Assembly: GCF_964204645.1 (NCBI RefSeq)
Contig: NC_134034.1
Coordinates: forward strand, 4,109,814-4,173,813
DNA length: 64,000 nucleotides
From: Tubulanus polymorphus
Lineage: Eukaryota > Animalia > Nemertea
Direction: 5' to 3'
The position numbers and the translations under genes are program-made. Below, one piece after another: positions 1 to 13,890 of the stretch (position 1 is its first letter; every line of letters starts with the position of its first letter). The notes under the pieces were generated by a model. It saw only the letters and a program-made list of their open reading frames with translations, made no database searches and was not told where the DNA came from.

Positions 1-146
1 GGTGTGATCCTTTTATCCGTTTTCCTTTTTGTTCCTTTGTTTACGAGAAAAAAAACGAACTTTCGAATCTTCGTTTCTGTTTTGAATGAACTCCTCCGAT
101 AAAAACACTTCTTATTTAAGGTCATCGTTGATATTAACTTTATAAT

Positions 147-881
147 CAGGGGCGGATCCAGAAATTTGGGAAGAGAGGGACGAAGCGCAGTCAATTCCCG
201 TTTATAATATAATTTGCTTTACATTCCAATGAAAAATGCATTCTGAAATTGACGATCGAACTTGAAAACGAGAAAACTAACTTGAAAGTTTATTGAAGCT
301 TTCAAAAACAACACACATTGTTTAATACTGTCGAAAATAGTAAAATATGATATTTATTATATACACATGTAATATAAAGGATCAATTAAGTCATTTTAGA
401 TTTGAATATATGAATAATTGAATTGAATTGACCGGCAACCAGTCTTAACTCCATAAATTGATGACGTAGCACACATCCTCTCAAAAATAATCATAAAAGT
501 TTATCTAAAATGAAATAATAGTAATGAAATATATTTAGTTACAAAGCAACTGCCTAAATTGACAATTGTAATTGTTACTTTGAAAAACCAACGTAACAAC
601 AATATCGATGACGTAGTGCACATCGACTCACACAGAACCCCCATATAACGCATACTAGGTATCAACGTATATAAACATTATCGTAACTGTTTTAACGGCA
701 TCAAAAATAGTTGTGCATTACTTGCAGTGATCGCTGGCAGATGACGAAACAGCAATCGATAAATATTTGAATTGTGGTTAGTTTCACCATTAATATGATT
801 GGTATCACTATCGGAAAATTTGCGAACACGGAGCGGGGAAGCGTTGAACCTCTAACCTCCCTTACCTTGGATTCGCCCCTG
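147..881. mobile_element. Non-autonomous DNA transposon (CAGGGGCGGATCC-type TIRs)
   Basis: Starts CAGGGGCGGATCCAG and ends TTGGATTCGCCCCTG. Similar ends recur at 2138, 7121, 11334, 32972, 51591 and 61125. No clear TSD. Confidence 0.55.
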
Positions 882-2137
882 GTATACGTTTCATGATTTC
901 TAGCTCGAAGTAATTGAGAATGAGAATACTTATATTGTACTACGTGTACTTACATAGTAACGTACGTCTCTGATAACTCGATTTATTAATGAATTGACGA
1001 TGAGAAGTGTCCACCATCGGTGACTAATCATAACTTAACTGAATCCCTGTCGTTATATTTTATCGATATCAAACAATACTACGATTCTTCAAAGATGGTG
1101 CAGGGTAGATCCAGGGTCCAATTTTGAATAAGCCACCAAAATAAAAAGATATACATTGTAGGTATCAACCCCAATGCGCGGTAAAATCATTTTCAACCAT
1201 TTTTGTTGTTTTTTACTCAAGGCGTGCGATCGATGAAAACGTTTGAAGCACACGCTTGAATATTTGGCCTGATAGAATATTCGAGCAATTTCTAAATTCA
1301 TTTCGAATTTTTCAGTCTTTCCAAAAGGGGCATTTCAGATTTTTGAGTGCCTCACGTGAGGCATGTGATGTACCCTAAATCCACCGCCCAGTGGATCAGC
1401 AAATTGAAATAGACACGGAATTTGAAAAAGGCAGACTTGCAATGCGATGGCTGCAAGCACGAATATTAGTGTGGGCTTCTGGTAGCACTTACACAGATTA
1501 TTTAGGACAAAAGGGGATTTTATGGCCCTCATCACGACCCATTTCGACTTATTTCTATCCTTTTTAATATTCTCTTCGCCAAAAATAGTTCTCGCATCTT
1601 AAAGAGGGCACCATCGAATTTTGGAAATCCGCCTGCGAATTGATCGAATTATTTCGTCACCGTTCGGTTGACCTTGACCTCGACCTAGTAGGCGTATGTG
1701 ACGCCAGATACAAGTAGCAGGCGAAAGAGACACCCGACTGTCCTGTAATTATAGCGTAATACGAGACACCACCAAAAAATTGCGCACAGACGAAACCGAA
1801 TATCGGGTCCACTAACTGACGTGTGTACGTGCATGCTAGTTCGTAAATGGCCAACTTTCTTTCTTGTCTTCTCCTTCGTTCGATTGCTATTCACGTCATG
1901 TGCAATATGGCAGTGACATTTTTTTTCTTTTATTGTCGCGATACATTTCCTAAGAGTTCGTTTCCTACCGATCACCTATCGTATTATGAAGAACAAGTAG
2001 TACACGTAAAGTACATGTATACCCTACAGGATAGGGCGTACGTACTTGTCGGATGAAGCACAATTCCAATACCGCTATTTTTTTCTTAGGTCTTTACTCG
2101 ACTACAATCCTCTATACCCTACGTGCTTTTTGCTGAC

Positions 2138-2383
2138 CAGGCGCGGATCGAGGTTTTTTTCCAGGAGTGGGTTCATAAAGAATAATAATGTTAAACCGCC
2201 GAATAAAATCTCTGATAGGGGGCCTATACGGTATATTGTTTGGCCAAACATTAGATTATATAGTACCGATTGGGTAGTACTGTTCGCCCGCTTTGTCTTG
2301 AGTACATTCCTTCAAGAAAACGATTAAAAACGGGGATGGGGGTATCGACTCCTCAAACCCCCACCCCCATGGATCCGCGCCTG
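2138..2383. mobile_element. MITE with CAGGCGCGGATC TIRs
   Basis: CAGGCGCGGATCGA...TGGATCCGCGCCTG, flanked by the direct repeat CTGAC (2133-2137 and 2384-2388). Confidence 0.75.
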
Positions 2384-3346
2384 CTGACCTAGCATTTCGG
2401 TTGATATAAGGTTATTTCTGCCGAAACTGCGCATTACTGATCAATACCGACAATAAGCGGGTTTCAAGCGCGTTCCATGATCCACTGGATAATGCAACAC
2501 GACGACGAATATCCGATTTTTCACATTAGAACGTCGTTCTTATTCCCGCGTGTCAATGTTCGTAATGATTATAGTATGGCAATGTTCTGCTGTGTTAAGT
2601 TGTTGTTGTCCTCTCTATTTGGGCCGTGATATAACGGACGCGATTAGTACATCAACGCAAAAAAGCCGATGACCGAAACCATTTTCATATATATTACGGT
2701 TATTATATACGTCTATATTTGTTTCTCGTTTGTATTTGAAATTACATTCGTCCAGACGATTTCTTTTTCTATCTAAAAATTAATACCAAAAGTGAAGACC
2801 CGACGGACTTATATTTCTTTGTTTCCTATTTGTCTCATTGGAAGCTACGGAAGCATCTTGAAAATGGTTTGGGCCATTTGATGATATGTTGGTATAGTAT
2901 TTTTTTTTTCAAATAAAAAGGTGTGACTTTTAACAACTTAACAATTTGCCGAAAAAAATTAACAAATCGGTTTTGGTGGGACGATTGTTGCGGAATCTCC
3001 AGAAACGAGGTGATTGTTTAGCCGAAGGTATGTTTGCCTTTATCAAAAATGATGTCTATCTAATGTCAAGCCGTTTTCAGGTCACCTACCTTGCTAATAG
3101 TACACACACACCGAGTCAAGGTGAAAGCTTCGGGATTTTTAAATGTTAAAAAAATTAAAGTGCAAATTCTTAATGCAAATTTTCTTAATAGCACTCAAGA
3201 TAGCGCAATATACCACATGAATTGATTATTCCACTCGTGGCGAGGGTCCACCGGTTCGACCTCCTCCGAATCTTCCGCATGCATGTGACCCAGCAATGCT
3301 GCTGCTGAAATCGAGGATTGCACGCACTTACGGCAAGTAAGATCTG

Positions 3347-3476
3347 GTTCCAGTTTCATGAAAAAGTCTAAGCCAAGATCGGTTAAGTTTGAATTGTTGT
3401 CCTCGTTGAAAACATGAAGTAACCAATAGCAGTTACACCAAAAACTTGAGTTAAACCTTTTTGTGGAACTGGGCCC
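3347..3476. mobile_element. PIF/Harbinger-like MITE (GGCCCAGTTTC TIR, CWG target)
   Basis: GTTCCAGTTTCATGAAAAAG...CTTTTTGTGGAACTGGGCC between CTG triplets. It is the reverse complement of the copy at 5790-5918. The duplicate copy is truncated at 7577. Confidence 0.7.
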
Positions 3477-3551
3477 CTGGTCTTAAAACATATTTCATGT
3501 AAACGGCCTATATCAATTGGTAGCCAATCATTTAGTTTTATTTCACTAACA

Positions 3552-3728
3552 CAATGAAACTGACTTCCATGAAATATTCGGGAGAGTGAGTCGATTCAAA
3601 TCTTTAAGAAGAGACTTAAAACACTTATTTTAATGCAACTTACAAGTAATCATAAGTAATGCTATAGTGTCAATGCTATAGTGAGTCGTCCCGGCTAACG
3701 CGCTGTGTAATACATTTTTTAATCAAGA
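3552..3728 (+). mobile_element. L2/CR1-clade LINE 3' end fragment (duplicate at 7765-7941)
   Basis: Translates as *N*LP*NIRESESIQIFKKRLKT, matching the WNxLP..IR...S...FKKxLKT end of L2/CR1 ORF2. It is followed by a GCGCTGTGTAATAC tail. Confidence 0.65.
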
Positions 3729-4349
3729 TTGAACCGACGATCGAACCGAAAATTCTCAAAATTATTTATCAATAATATTCGGATTCTGCAGCCTGGGACA
3801 CCATATTGCAGTCTTCAGACCGGGTCAAGGTCAAGAGATTATTCAAATAAAGATCCACCCGGTGTCGGCGTTACTACGGGCTTACGCGCATTCTTCTATA
3901 TTTCTATCAATATCGAACCAAATTTTTATTTTCGAACATTTTCATCATCACTTATCAATAATATCGGAATAGAGCTGCCTAAACTACGACTTCATATCAG
4001 ATTTCTGGTGACCGGGTCAAGGTCGAGAAATTTGATCAATAAAGCATGAAAAAAATGCGTAATTGAAATGCGTGAGAAAAATGCATTCAACGTTCACGCG
4101 AGTCAACTTTAGCGCAAGTCGTGAAATGCATGCACGAACAAGTGACGGGTGTCATGCAGATTGGAGTAATCATCTCGTCAAGATGATTATATCAAGGTTT
4201 CGCAGTAAACGCACGATTGCTGATGTTTAATGGGTTACCTATGCTGGTTGATTCGGGCCACGTCGAGATTTTTCGATCACGAACAATCGAAAAACAAACT
4301 TGATAGCGAGGAAACAAATATTTAGGGCGAGAAGACAAATTAACGAATC

Positions 4350-5620
4350 AGCCACCATTCGGCACAACTTTACTTATAGTAAGAATTAGTTCATTTTCAA
4401 TGAACTTTGAACTGGATTTTTAGGCTCCCAAATGGAAATGTTGTCAAACAAGTCATCGCATGGATATGAGATTAACGTCCCAATGAGTGTATGGTAGAGT
4501 TTACTGAAAATTGATTTTATCATTAAGAAAAGTTGATTCGAATTTAATCGAAATGCGAAGAAATCGAAGCGCGGTTACCGAGTTACCTCTAGCGAACCTA
4601 GCGGATCCTCGCCTGCCATACGTGGAATCCTCGATTGCCACTGAAGCGGTGCGGATATTCCCTTACACAAAGGCAATACATCGTACGATGTCGCTTGAAC
4701 CCTCCGATGATTTCATTCTGTGCAACAAAAAAAAATTATTTTCGATTTCTGCAGAAATCGATGTCGTGTCGAAATCGTATACCCCGAGAGGGCCGATGAT
4801 TTGAGATTACTTCAATAATCTTCTTGCGTAGGCCTACGTGGGTTATACGTACTTTACTCTACCGCCGGGCGTTCGCTGGTTCGATTCATTGACTTAGACT
4901 TTTCAAGCGTTTTTCAAAACCAGTAATATGTCAACTCGAATACGTGTTGACATATGTAGTGATATTGTGTAAATAAATTTTTGTTTTCGAAGACTGAAGT
5001 TACTACATGCGTATGTTTGAACAGAGCCAATAGTACACCGAACAGTGGAAAACATTCGTTTTTCGAATGCCTTTTCATATAGAACGGTTTCATGGAACGC
5101 CCGCGAATAAAAATAAATGAAAAAGAGCTAACGACATGATCGAATGCCACCACTGCGCGTGAGAGTCATTTTTCAGCGAATTCAGTTGTTGAAATTTCGA
5201 AAAAAGAACGCGGCTGTCGTCGAGTTTTCTATTCTATACAGTTCCGGTATATGAAACAGATATTTCACGCTGTGCGCGATTATTGGTCGCAATCTACTTT
5301 ACAAAAACAGATAGAACTGACAGTAATAGTAATAGATAGTAATTTAATGGGGTACCGGCACCGCTACTGTGGCAATCGAGGATTCCACGTATGGCAGGCG
5401 AGGATCCGCCAGCTTCGCCAGTGGTCACTCGGTTGCCGCGCGATTTTTTCTACGTTTCAATTATATTCGAGTCAACTTTTTTCATTTAGTTAATCAATTT
5501 CGATCTTATATATCTCTTTTATCACTTATTTGAAAAGATTGGCATTTTGGAGCCTAAAAATACAGTTAAAAGTTCATCGAAAATGAACTAATTTTCACTG
5601 TATTGTAGCGCCATCTGGTT
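4350..5620. mobile_element. Non-autonomous DNA element with ~300-bp imperfect TIRs (duplicate at 8563-9833)
   Basis: 4350-4655 (GCGGATCCTCGCCTGCCATACGTGGAATCCTCGATTGCCAC) is the inverted match of 5355-5620. Solo ends occur at ~19715-20025, ~24030-24300 and ~41815-42095. Confidence 0.7.
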
Positions 5621-5629
5621 TGTGCCGAT

Positions 5630-6047
5630 ACCCCATTACTATAGCCCCCATTTCACTGTTCAAAGGCGCATTCCATTAAATCGGTATTATTACCCCCAGC
5701 CTAGCTCTATTCGTGTATCAGTTATCTCTCCACGGGCGAAGTAATATCCTAGCAGCTTCTAGGCGCCCAGGAGTCATCTATGAGACCTGGGCCCAGTTTC
5801 ACGAAAATGTTTAACTAAAATTTTTTGTGTAATCGCTATTGGTTACTTCATGTTTTTAATGAGGAAAACAATTCAAATTTAACCGTTTTAAGCTCAAACT
5901 TTTTCATGAAACTGGGCCCAGGTACCCATTTACACCTGTGGATGGAGAGAAGCAATGAGGATAAGTGTTTTGCCCCTGGGACACTGGGTTCGAATCCACG
6001 GCCTGGCTTCCCACAGTCGAACGCTCTAACCAATCGCCCACTGCACA
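5630..6047 (-). mobile_element. tRNA-derived SINE (CORE-like central domain, L2-like tail) interrupted by a MITE; duplicate at 9843-10260
   Basis: Minus strand shows an A box (TGGGCGATTGG), a B box (GGATTCGAACCC) and a central CACTTATCCTCATTGCTTCTCTCCATCCACAGGTGTAAATGGGTACC. Homologous to the copies at 31620-32140 and 54950-55156. Confidence 0.8.
5790..5918. mobile_element. PIF/Harbinger-like MITE inserted in a SINE (duplicate at 10003-10131)
   Basis: TIRs GGCCCAGTTTCA...TGAAACTGGGCC with flanks CTG/CAG. The empty site GGCCAGGTACC is visible in the SINE copy at 55021. Confidence 0.8.
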
Positions 6048-9000
6048 CAGCAGTAACATTTTACGGTTCAACGACACCATGCTCACTTGGAATGCTTGAC
6101 AATCTGATATTTCTAATATTCAACACCCCCTGGTGAACAAATACTGTAATTAATGTCGACATTCATAGAACATACCATATCATTAATTGCGATTTTGCAA
6201 TTGATTGTGTTCCCAAATATGTGTTTTTTATATGATATTTAGGCCTACGGAAGTACCACGGTATTCCGCTATTCAGGCTACAGAACCCAATTGTTGAGGT
6301 AATAGTAACGGGGTTTTATGTGTATGGGAAAAGATAGTGTGTGTAGTGTGTGCGCGACAGCGCACATTAGATGTGTGCTGGTGCGCACACTAAAAAGGCA
6401 ATTGGCTCGGATTAAAAGGTGGGAGTTTGTGAGAAAGACGGAAGAGAATTTACTTGCTATATTTGAAATATTAGGATAAATAAGGGATGTTTAGCGTAGT
6501 ACAGGGGGGAGTAGAATGGAAGTTGCAGGGATAAGACATACCAAATAGGGTAAGGTTAGAAGCGGGTGAGGTCATGGTTTAGGAATGTGAAAAAAGTACG
6601 TAGAGTATACAAGTCAAGGGTTTTTGGAGTACAAATGACATATGGGAGAGTACAAGGGAGATGGGAGATAAAGCAGAGATAACGTTACTAATAGGAAGTG
6701 AAAATGAAGAAAATCGTGATCATACCAGATAGAAGTGTTAGTATTTAATATCTACTTAGGACGAGGCAGGTCAGCGAAAGGAACGAGATACCGTACATAC
6801 AATATCCAGCGGTACAGCATTAGTGAGAAGGACGATGGAGGACACAAGTGGTTGAGAATCTAGCGGAATGTAACTGGTGGTACAGATCGTTAAGTCCCAC
6901 TACACAATGATCTTGGAATTCATCATAATCAAATAACATGATATGAGCTACTGAGTTGCAAACGATTTTGTGGTTATAAAATATGCATAGACACTGCGGT
7001 ACTCATATTGATTTAAAAATTGTATGTTATTTGACATTCAACTCCCCTGGTGCCTGGTCGATCCACGCAGGGAGATGTTGGCCTTTCCTACAACAGCGCT
7101 AACAATTATCATATATCAAGCAGGGGCGGATCTAGGGTTTGATTAAGGAGGGGAACAGGTGAAGTTAGGGCACATTTTGATGAATTAGGGCACACCGGAG
7201 GTGTGAGGCACACTTCGTACCGCAGGTAAATTTGATGCAATTTTAGAGCTATCTGGGCTTTTCTGGTGGCACCTGGGAGCCTTTGCAAATCCTGTATCCT
7301 ACTGTCTGTCACACCTGCTCTCCGTGCGACGTTTTGGTCCGTAATCTTTAGTGAGAAGTCCCATTATATAATATTAGGTAAAATTCCTAAACATTTCTAT
7401 ATTGACGTCAAAGTGGCTAAAATTACCGCTCTCATGGATATTAGTGGTAATTTTAGCCCACTTGGAACTTGAATCCCAGAGCGGGCTATTCTCGAAAGTT
7501 TTATCTATCAAATAACAAACACAAATCGGTGTGAATGTAATAGGGAGATTAATTGAGAGGCAGCTACTGTTTTTAGAAGTCTAAGCCAAGATCGGTTAAG
7601 TTTGAATTGTTGTCCTCGTTGAAAACATGAAGTAACCAATAGCAGTTACACCAAAAACTTGAGTTAAACCTTTTTGTGGAACTGGGCCCCTGGTCTTAAA
7701 ACATATTTCATGTAAACGGCCTATATCAATTGGTAGCCAATCATTTAGTTTTATTTCACTAACACAATGAAACTGACTTCCATGAAATATTCGGGAGAGT
7801 GAGTCGATTCAAATCTTTAAGAAGAGACTTAAAACACTTATTTTAATGCAACTTACAAGTAATCATAAGTAATGCTATAGTGTCAATGCTATAGTGAGTC
7901 GTCCCGGCTAACGCGCTGTGTAATACATTTTTTAATCAAGATTGAACCGACGATCGAACCGAAAATTCTCAAAATTATTTATCAATAATATTCGGATTCT
8001 GCAGCCTGGGACACCATATTGCAGTCTTCAGACCGGGTCAAGGTCAAGAGATTATTCAAATAAAGATCCACCCGGTGTCGGCGTTACTACGGGCTTACGC
8101 GCATTCTTCTATATTTCTATCAATATCGAACCAAATTTTTATTTTCGAACATTTTCATCATCACTTATCAATAATATCGGAATAGAGCTGCCTAAACTAC
8201 GACTTCATATCAGATTTCTGGTGACCGGGTCAAGGTCGAGAAATTTGATCAATAAAGCATGAAAAAAATGCGTAATTGAAATGCGTGAGAAAAATGCATT
8301 CAACGTTCACGCGAGTCAACTTAAGCGCAAGTCGTGAAATGCATGCACGAACAAGTGACGGGTGTCATGCAGATTGGAGTAATCATCTCGTCAAGATGAT
8401 TATATCAAGGTTTCGCAGTAAACGCACGATTGCTGATGTTTAATGGGTTACCTATGCTGGTTGATTCGGGCCACGTCGAGATTTTTCGATCACGAACAAT
8501 CGAAAAACAAACTTGATAGCGAGGAAACAAATATTTAGGGCGAGAAGACAAATTAACGAATCAGCCACCATTCGGCACAACTTTACTTATAGTAAGAATT
8601 AGTTCATTTTCAATGAACTTTGAACTGGATTTTTAGGCTCCCAAATGGAAATGTTGTCAAACAAGTCATCGCATGGATATGAGATTAACGTCCCAATGAG
8701 TGTATGGTAGAGTTTACTGAAAATTGATTTTATCATTAAGAAAAGTTGATTCGAATTTAATCGAAATGCGAAGAAATCGAAGCGCGGTTACCGAGTTACC
8801 TCTAGCGAACCTAGCGGATCCTCGCCTGCCATACGTGGAATCCTCGATTGCCACTGAAGCGGTGCGGATATTCCCTTACACAAAGGCAATACATCGTACG
8901 ATGTCGCTTGAACCCTCCGATGATTTCATTCTGTGCAACAAAAAAAAATTATTTTCGATTTCTGCAGAAATCGATGTCGTGTCGAAATCGTATACCCCGA

Positions 9001-12000
9001 GAGGGCCGATGATTTGAGATTACTTCAATAATCTTCTTGCGTAGGCCTACGTGGGTTATACGTACTTTACTCTACCGCCGGGCGTTCGCTGGTTCGATTC
9101 ATTGACTTAGACTTTTCAAGCGTTTTTCAAAACCAGTAATATGTCAACTCGAATACGTGTTGACATATGTAGTGATATTGTGTAAATAAATTTTTGTTTT
9201 CGAAGACTGAAGTTACTACATGCGTATGTTTGAACAGAGCCAATAGTACACCGAACAGTGGAAAACATTCGTTTTTCGAATGCCTTTTCATATAGAACGG
9301 TTTCATGGAACGCCCGCGAATAAAAATAAATGAAAAAGAGCTAACGACATGATCGAATGCCACCACTGCGCGTGAGAGTCATTTTTCAGCGAATTCAGTT
9401 GTTGAAATTTCGAAAAAAGAACGCGGCTGTCGTCGAGTTTTCTATTCTATACAGTTCCGGTATATGAAACAGATATTTCACGCTGTGCGCGATTATTGGT
9501 CGCAATCTACTTTACAAAAACAGATAGAACTGACAGTAATAGTAATAGATAGTAATTTAATGGGGTACCGGCACCGCTACTGTGGCAATCGAGGATTCCA
9601 CGTATGGCAGGCGAGGATCCGCCAGCTTCGCCAGTGGTCACTCGGTTGCCGCGCGATTTTTTCTACGTTTCAATTATATTCGAGTCAACTTTTTTCATTT
9701 AGTTAATCAATTTCGATCTTATATATCTCTTTTATCACTTATTTGAAAAGATTGGCATTTTGGAGCCTAAAAATACAGTTAAAAGTTCATCGAAAATGAA
9801 CTAATTTTCACTGTATTGTAGCGCCATCTGGTTTGTGCCGATACCCCATTACTATAGCCCCCATTTCACTGTTCAAAGGCGCATTCCATTAAATCGGTAT
9901 TATTACCCCCAGCCTAGCTCTATTCGTGTATCAGTTATCTCTCCACGGGCGAAGTAATATCCTAGCAGCTTCTAGGCGCCCAGGAGTCATCTATGAGACC
10001 TGGGCCCAGTTTCACGAAAATGTTTAACTAAAATTTTTTGTGTAATCGCTATTGGTTACTTCATGTTTTTAATGAGGAAAACAATTCAAATTTAACCGTT
10101 TTAAGCTCAAACTTTTTCATGAAACTGGGCCCAGGTACCCATTTACACCTGTGGATGGAGAGAAGCAATGAGGATAAGTGTTTTGCCCCTGGGACACTGG
10201 GTTCGAATCCACGGCCTGGCTTCCCACAGTCGAACGCTCTAACCAATCGCCCACTGCACACAGCAGTAACATTTTAGGGTTCAACGACACCATGCTCACT
10301 TGGAATGCTTGACAATCTGATATTTCTAATATTCAACACCCCCTGGTGAACAAATACTGTAATTAATGTCGACATTCATAGAACATACCATATCATTAAT
10401 TGCGATTTTGCAATTGATTGTGTTCCCAAATATGTGTTTTTTATATGATATTTAGGCCTACGGAAGTACCACGGTATTCCGCTATTCAGGCTACAGAACC
10501 CAATTGTTGAGGTAATAGTAACGGGGTTTTATGTGTATGGGAAAAGATAGTGTGTGTAGTGTGTGCGCGACAGCGCACATTAGATGTGTGCTGGTGCGCA
10601 CACTAAAAAGGCAATTGGCTCGGATTAAAAGGTGGGAGTTTGTGAGAAAGACGGAAGAGAATTTACTTGCTATATTTGAAATATTAGGATAAATAAGGGA
10701 TGTTTAGCGTAGTACAGGGGGGAGTAGAATGGAAGTTGCAGGGATAAGACATACCAAATAGGGTAAGGTTAGAAGCGGGTGAGGTCATGGTTTAGGAATG
10801 TGAAAAAAGTACGTAGAGTATACAAGTCAAGGGTTTTTGGAGTACAAATGACATATGGGAGAGTACAAGGGAGATGGGAGATAAAGCAGAGATAACGTTA
10901 CTAATAGGAAGTGAAAATGAAGAAAATCGTGATCATACCAGATAGAAGTGTTAGTATTTAATATCTACTTAGGACGAGGCAGGTCAGCGAAAGGAACGAG
11001 ATACCGTACATACAATATCCAGCGGTACAGCATTAGTGAGAAGGACGATGGAGGACACAAGTGGTTGAGAATCTAGCGGAATGTAACTGGTGGTACAGAT
11101 CGTTAAGTCCCACTACACAATGATCTTGGAATTCATCATAATCAAATAACATGATATGAGCTACTGAGTTGCAAACGATTTTGTGGTTATAAAATATGCA
11201 TAGACACTGCGGTACTCATATTGATTTAAAAATTGTATGTTATTTGACATTCAACTCCCCTGGTGCCTGGTCGATCCACGCAGGGAGATGTTGGCCTTTC
11301 CTACAACAGCGCTAACAATTATCATATATCAAGCAGGGGCGGATCTAGGGTTTGATTAAGGAGGGGAACAGGTGAAGTTAGGGCACATTTTGATGAATTA
11401 GGGCACACCGGAGGTGTGAGGCACACTTCGTACCGCAGGTAAATTTGATGCAATTTTAGAGCTATCTGGGCTTTTCTGGTGGCACCTGGGAGCCTTTGCA
11501 AATCCTGTATCCTACTGTCTGTCACACCTGCTCTCCGTGCGACGTTTTGGTCCGTAATCTTTAGTGAGAAGTCCCATTATATAATATTAGGTAAAATTCC
11601 TAAACATTTCTATATTGACGTCAAAGTGGCTAAAATTACCGCTTTCATGGATATTAGTGGTAATTTTAGCCCACTTGGAACTTGAATCCCAGAGCGGGCT
11701 ATTCTCGAAAGTTTTATCTATCAAATAACAAACACAAATCGGTGTGAATGTAATAGGGAGATTAATTGAGAGGCAGCTACTGTTTTTAGAACGATCAATA
11801 TCGATCTAGACTGAAAATTTAATGATGTCACGCGGCCTTTTACCGTGGACCTTTTTCGGAAGTCCCTATCGTTCAAATCATAAAATACGGTGATGTAGAA
11901 ATGCATGAAAAGAGCCATTATTGCCTGTGTGACGAAGAAATTCAAACGTTTAGTTCACATATATAAGCTCGTAAATTCAGGGGAAATCCTGCTTATGGCT

Positions 12001-13840
12001 CATAGGCCAGCATCTTAATCTTAGCTACGCATTGAAGTGGTTTTCGCCTCACATACCCACCAACCTAATTTTTGAAATAATCAAACCTTTAAACCTTTTA
12101 CTTACTCCAAGAAAAAAAAAACAGGGAATCCCTTATATCATCATCAATCTGTCTCCCAGGACCAATGGATTTCATACATATAACCGAAATTATGAAACCT
12201 ATCCCATTTGCAGAATTATTGCAACATTTATGGGGGACTTCTTCTTCACTCTAGGTACAATTTATTTGAGTCCGGCACTACGCATCTTCAAGCTACTAAC
12301 CTAAACGTGGTCTGATGCCCGATGTCATAGGTTGGGCAGCTATCTTGTTGTGGAAGGTTTAATGTGACTTACGCCGACGCATTAGACGCATTCACTGTGA
12401 ATCAGCGCGATACATTTTTTCTCCGCGGTAATTTTTTCCTCAATATACGTATGTAATGCTGAAGCGGCTCAACGCAAAAAAACTGCCGTAAACAAACAGT
12501 TATCATCAGTGAGTGCGGACGTCAAAGAGGGTCCCGTCGAATCATGTACGTTATGAAATCGCGCTGTTACTAGGACAACTTCATCCGCTGATTAATTAAC
12601 TATAAACCCTATTTCTCCTTTTCAATTGTCACTTTGTCAGTTATCTATCCTACGTAGGCATTTGCTTTTAATTACTTGCAGCACGGATCCGCCGCAGAAT
12701 TCTGCGAAAATCATCAAATAGAAAAGAAAAAAATTTAGCCCTGTTCGTGGTTTCGTCACAATTTTTCAACCAAATTTTTGTTATGCCTGACTTGATTTAT
12801 ATATTACAACTGTAAATGTTACGTTCATCGTGATTTTCAATCACGTGATTTGCAAAAAAATTAGGTTTTGTTTTTCATTTCTAACATCATTCGAATCGAA
12901 ATCATCAATCTATTTTTGTTTCTATTCTGCATTTCTTTCAAGTTTACAGCTGGAAGATAATCGAATAATAAAAAAGATTTTATTTCTGTTTTGTTCCTTT
13001 CCATTTTGAAACGGCTACTATAGACATTTTCATTTTTCATTTTTTCCATCGCCCTCCCATTTTGGCTTGTAGAAATCTGTGTTCAAAATAATTCAAAAAA
13101 TTTTAGGATTTCAAAATGGAAGAGAACAGGATTTTTTGTTTTAATTTCATTTTTCCTACGCCCTCTATCCTCCACGTGTGTAATCAAAAAGGCCTTAACT
13201 TTACACACTTTTAGCACGGCACTGTTCGTTTAAGAGACATGGCGACATCGGATATCGACGTCAAAAATCAAAACTTTGTTTTCATTTTCATTCGCGCGCC
13301 GCGTAATCTATATTTGCACGCCAATTGCGCACAGCCGAACGAGACACGGATACGACATAGAATTAGTTAGAAATCCAGCCGCACAGAAACCCGGTGTCAG
13401 TCCGAATTATTGTGAAATTATTCCCGTTCGATATTCGTCGTCGTGATCGTCATTTTTTGTCCTATCTCTCTCTTTCTCTCTCTCTCTAACTGTCTCTCGT
13501 ATATTGCGTCCGGGGGAAACTTAGCTCGCATATCGGCTGCTATTCGCATATCGCCATTATCTACGGAATTCATAATTACGCCGCTAGATCGATCGATCTT
13601 CACTCCCCCGCAATACATGCACATTCACATCGTTCGTTGCCCGAGATATGCGCGCGCAATTCTCGATTGTGTCGCTACAGCAGACGATAGAATAAATAGT
13701 GAGAGAAAACTTTCAACTGTCATGTTCTTTTGCTGCTCTCCGACTATGGTATATACGTAGTAACGTTCAAGCGCGCGGGACCTCCTCAAAGGCCTAGATA
13801 CGTTAATGGTAAAACGCGGACGTATTTTTTCCGTGGACTC

Positions 13841-13890
13841 TTATAAGCAGCCGCCGGCACTGAGTAGTGTGTTCAATCGAAACCAGTTTC
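13841..13890 (+). promoter_or_regulatory. Candidate TATA/Inr core promoter of the activin gene
   Basis: TTATAAGC at 13841, with a TCAATC Inr-like motif ~30 bp downstream, in a CpG-rich stretch ~0.85 kb upstream of the ATG. Confidence 0.3.

Larger units (their letters stand above)
3364..11791. repeat. 4213-bp near-perfect tandem duplication (3364-7576 / 7577-11789)
   Basis: ORFs recur at an offset of exactly 4213. Only three substitutions were spotted (4110/8323, 6064/10277, 7431/11644). The junction has 2-bp AA microhomology. Confidence 0.97.

Noticed and set aside
3729-4049. 106-aa ORF present twice
   Set aside because: It recurs only because of the tandem duplication, and it spans a short internal GGTCAAGGTCA-containing repeat.
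5960-6047. tRNA gene
   Set aside because: A and B boxes are present but run into a SINE body, copies are diverged, and no clean cloverleaf is apparent. The same applies at 32.1, 43.6-43.8, 55.1 and 61.7 kb.
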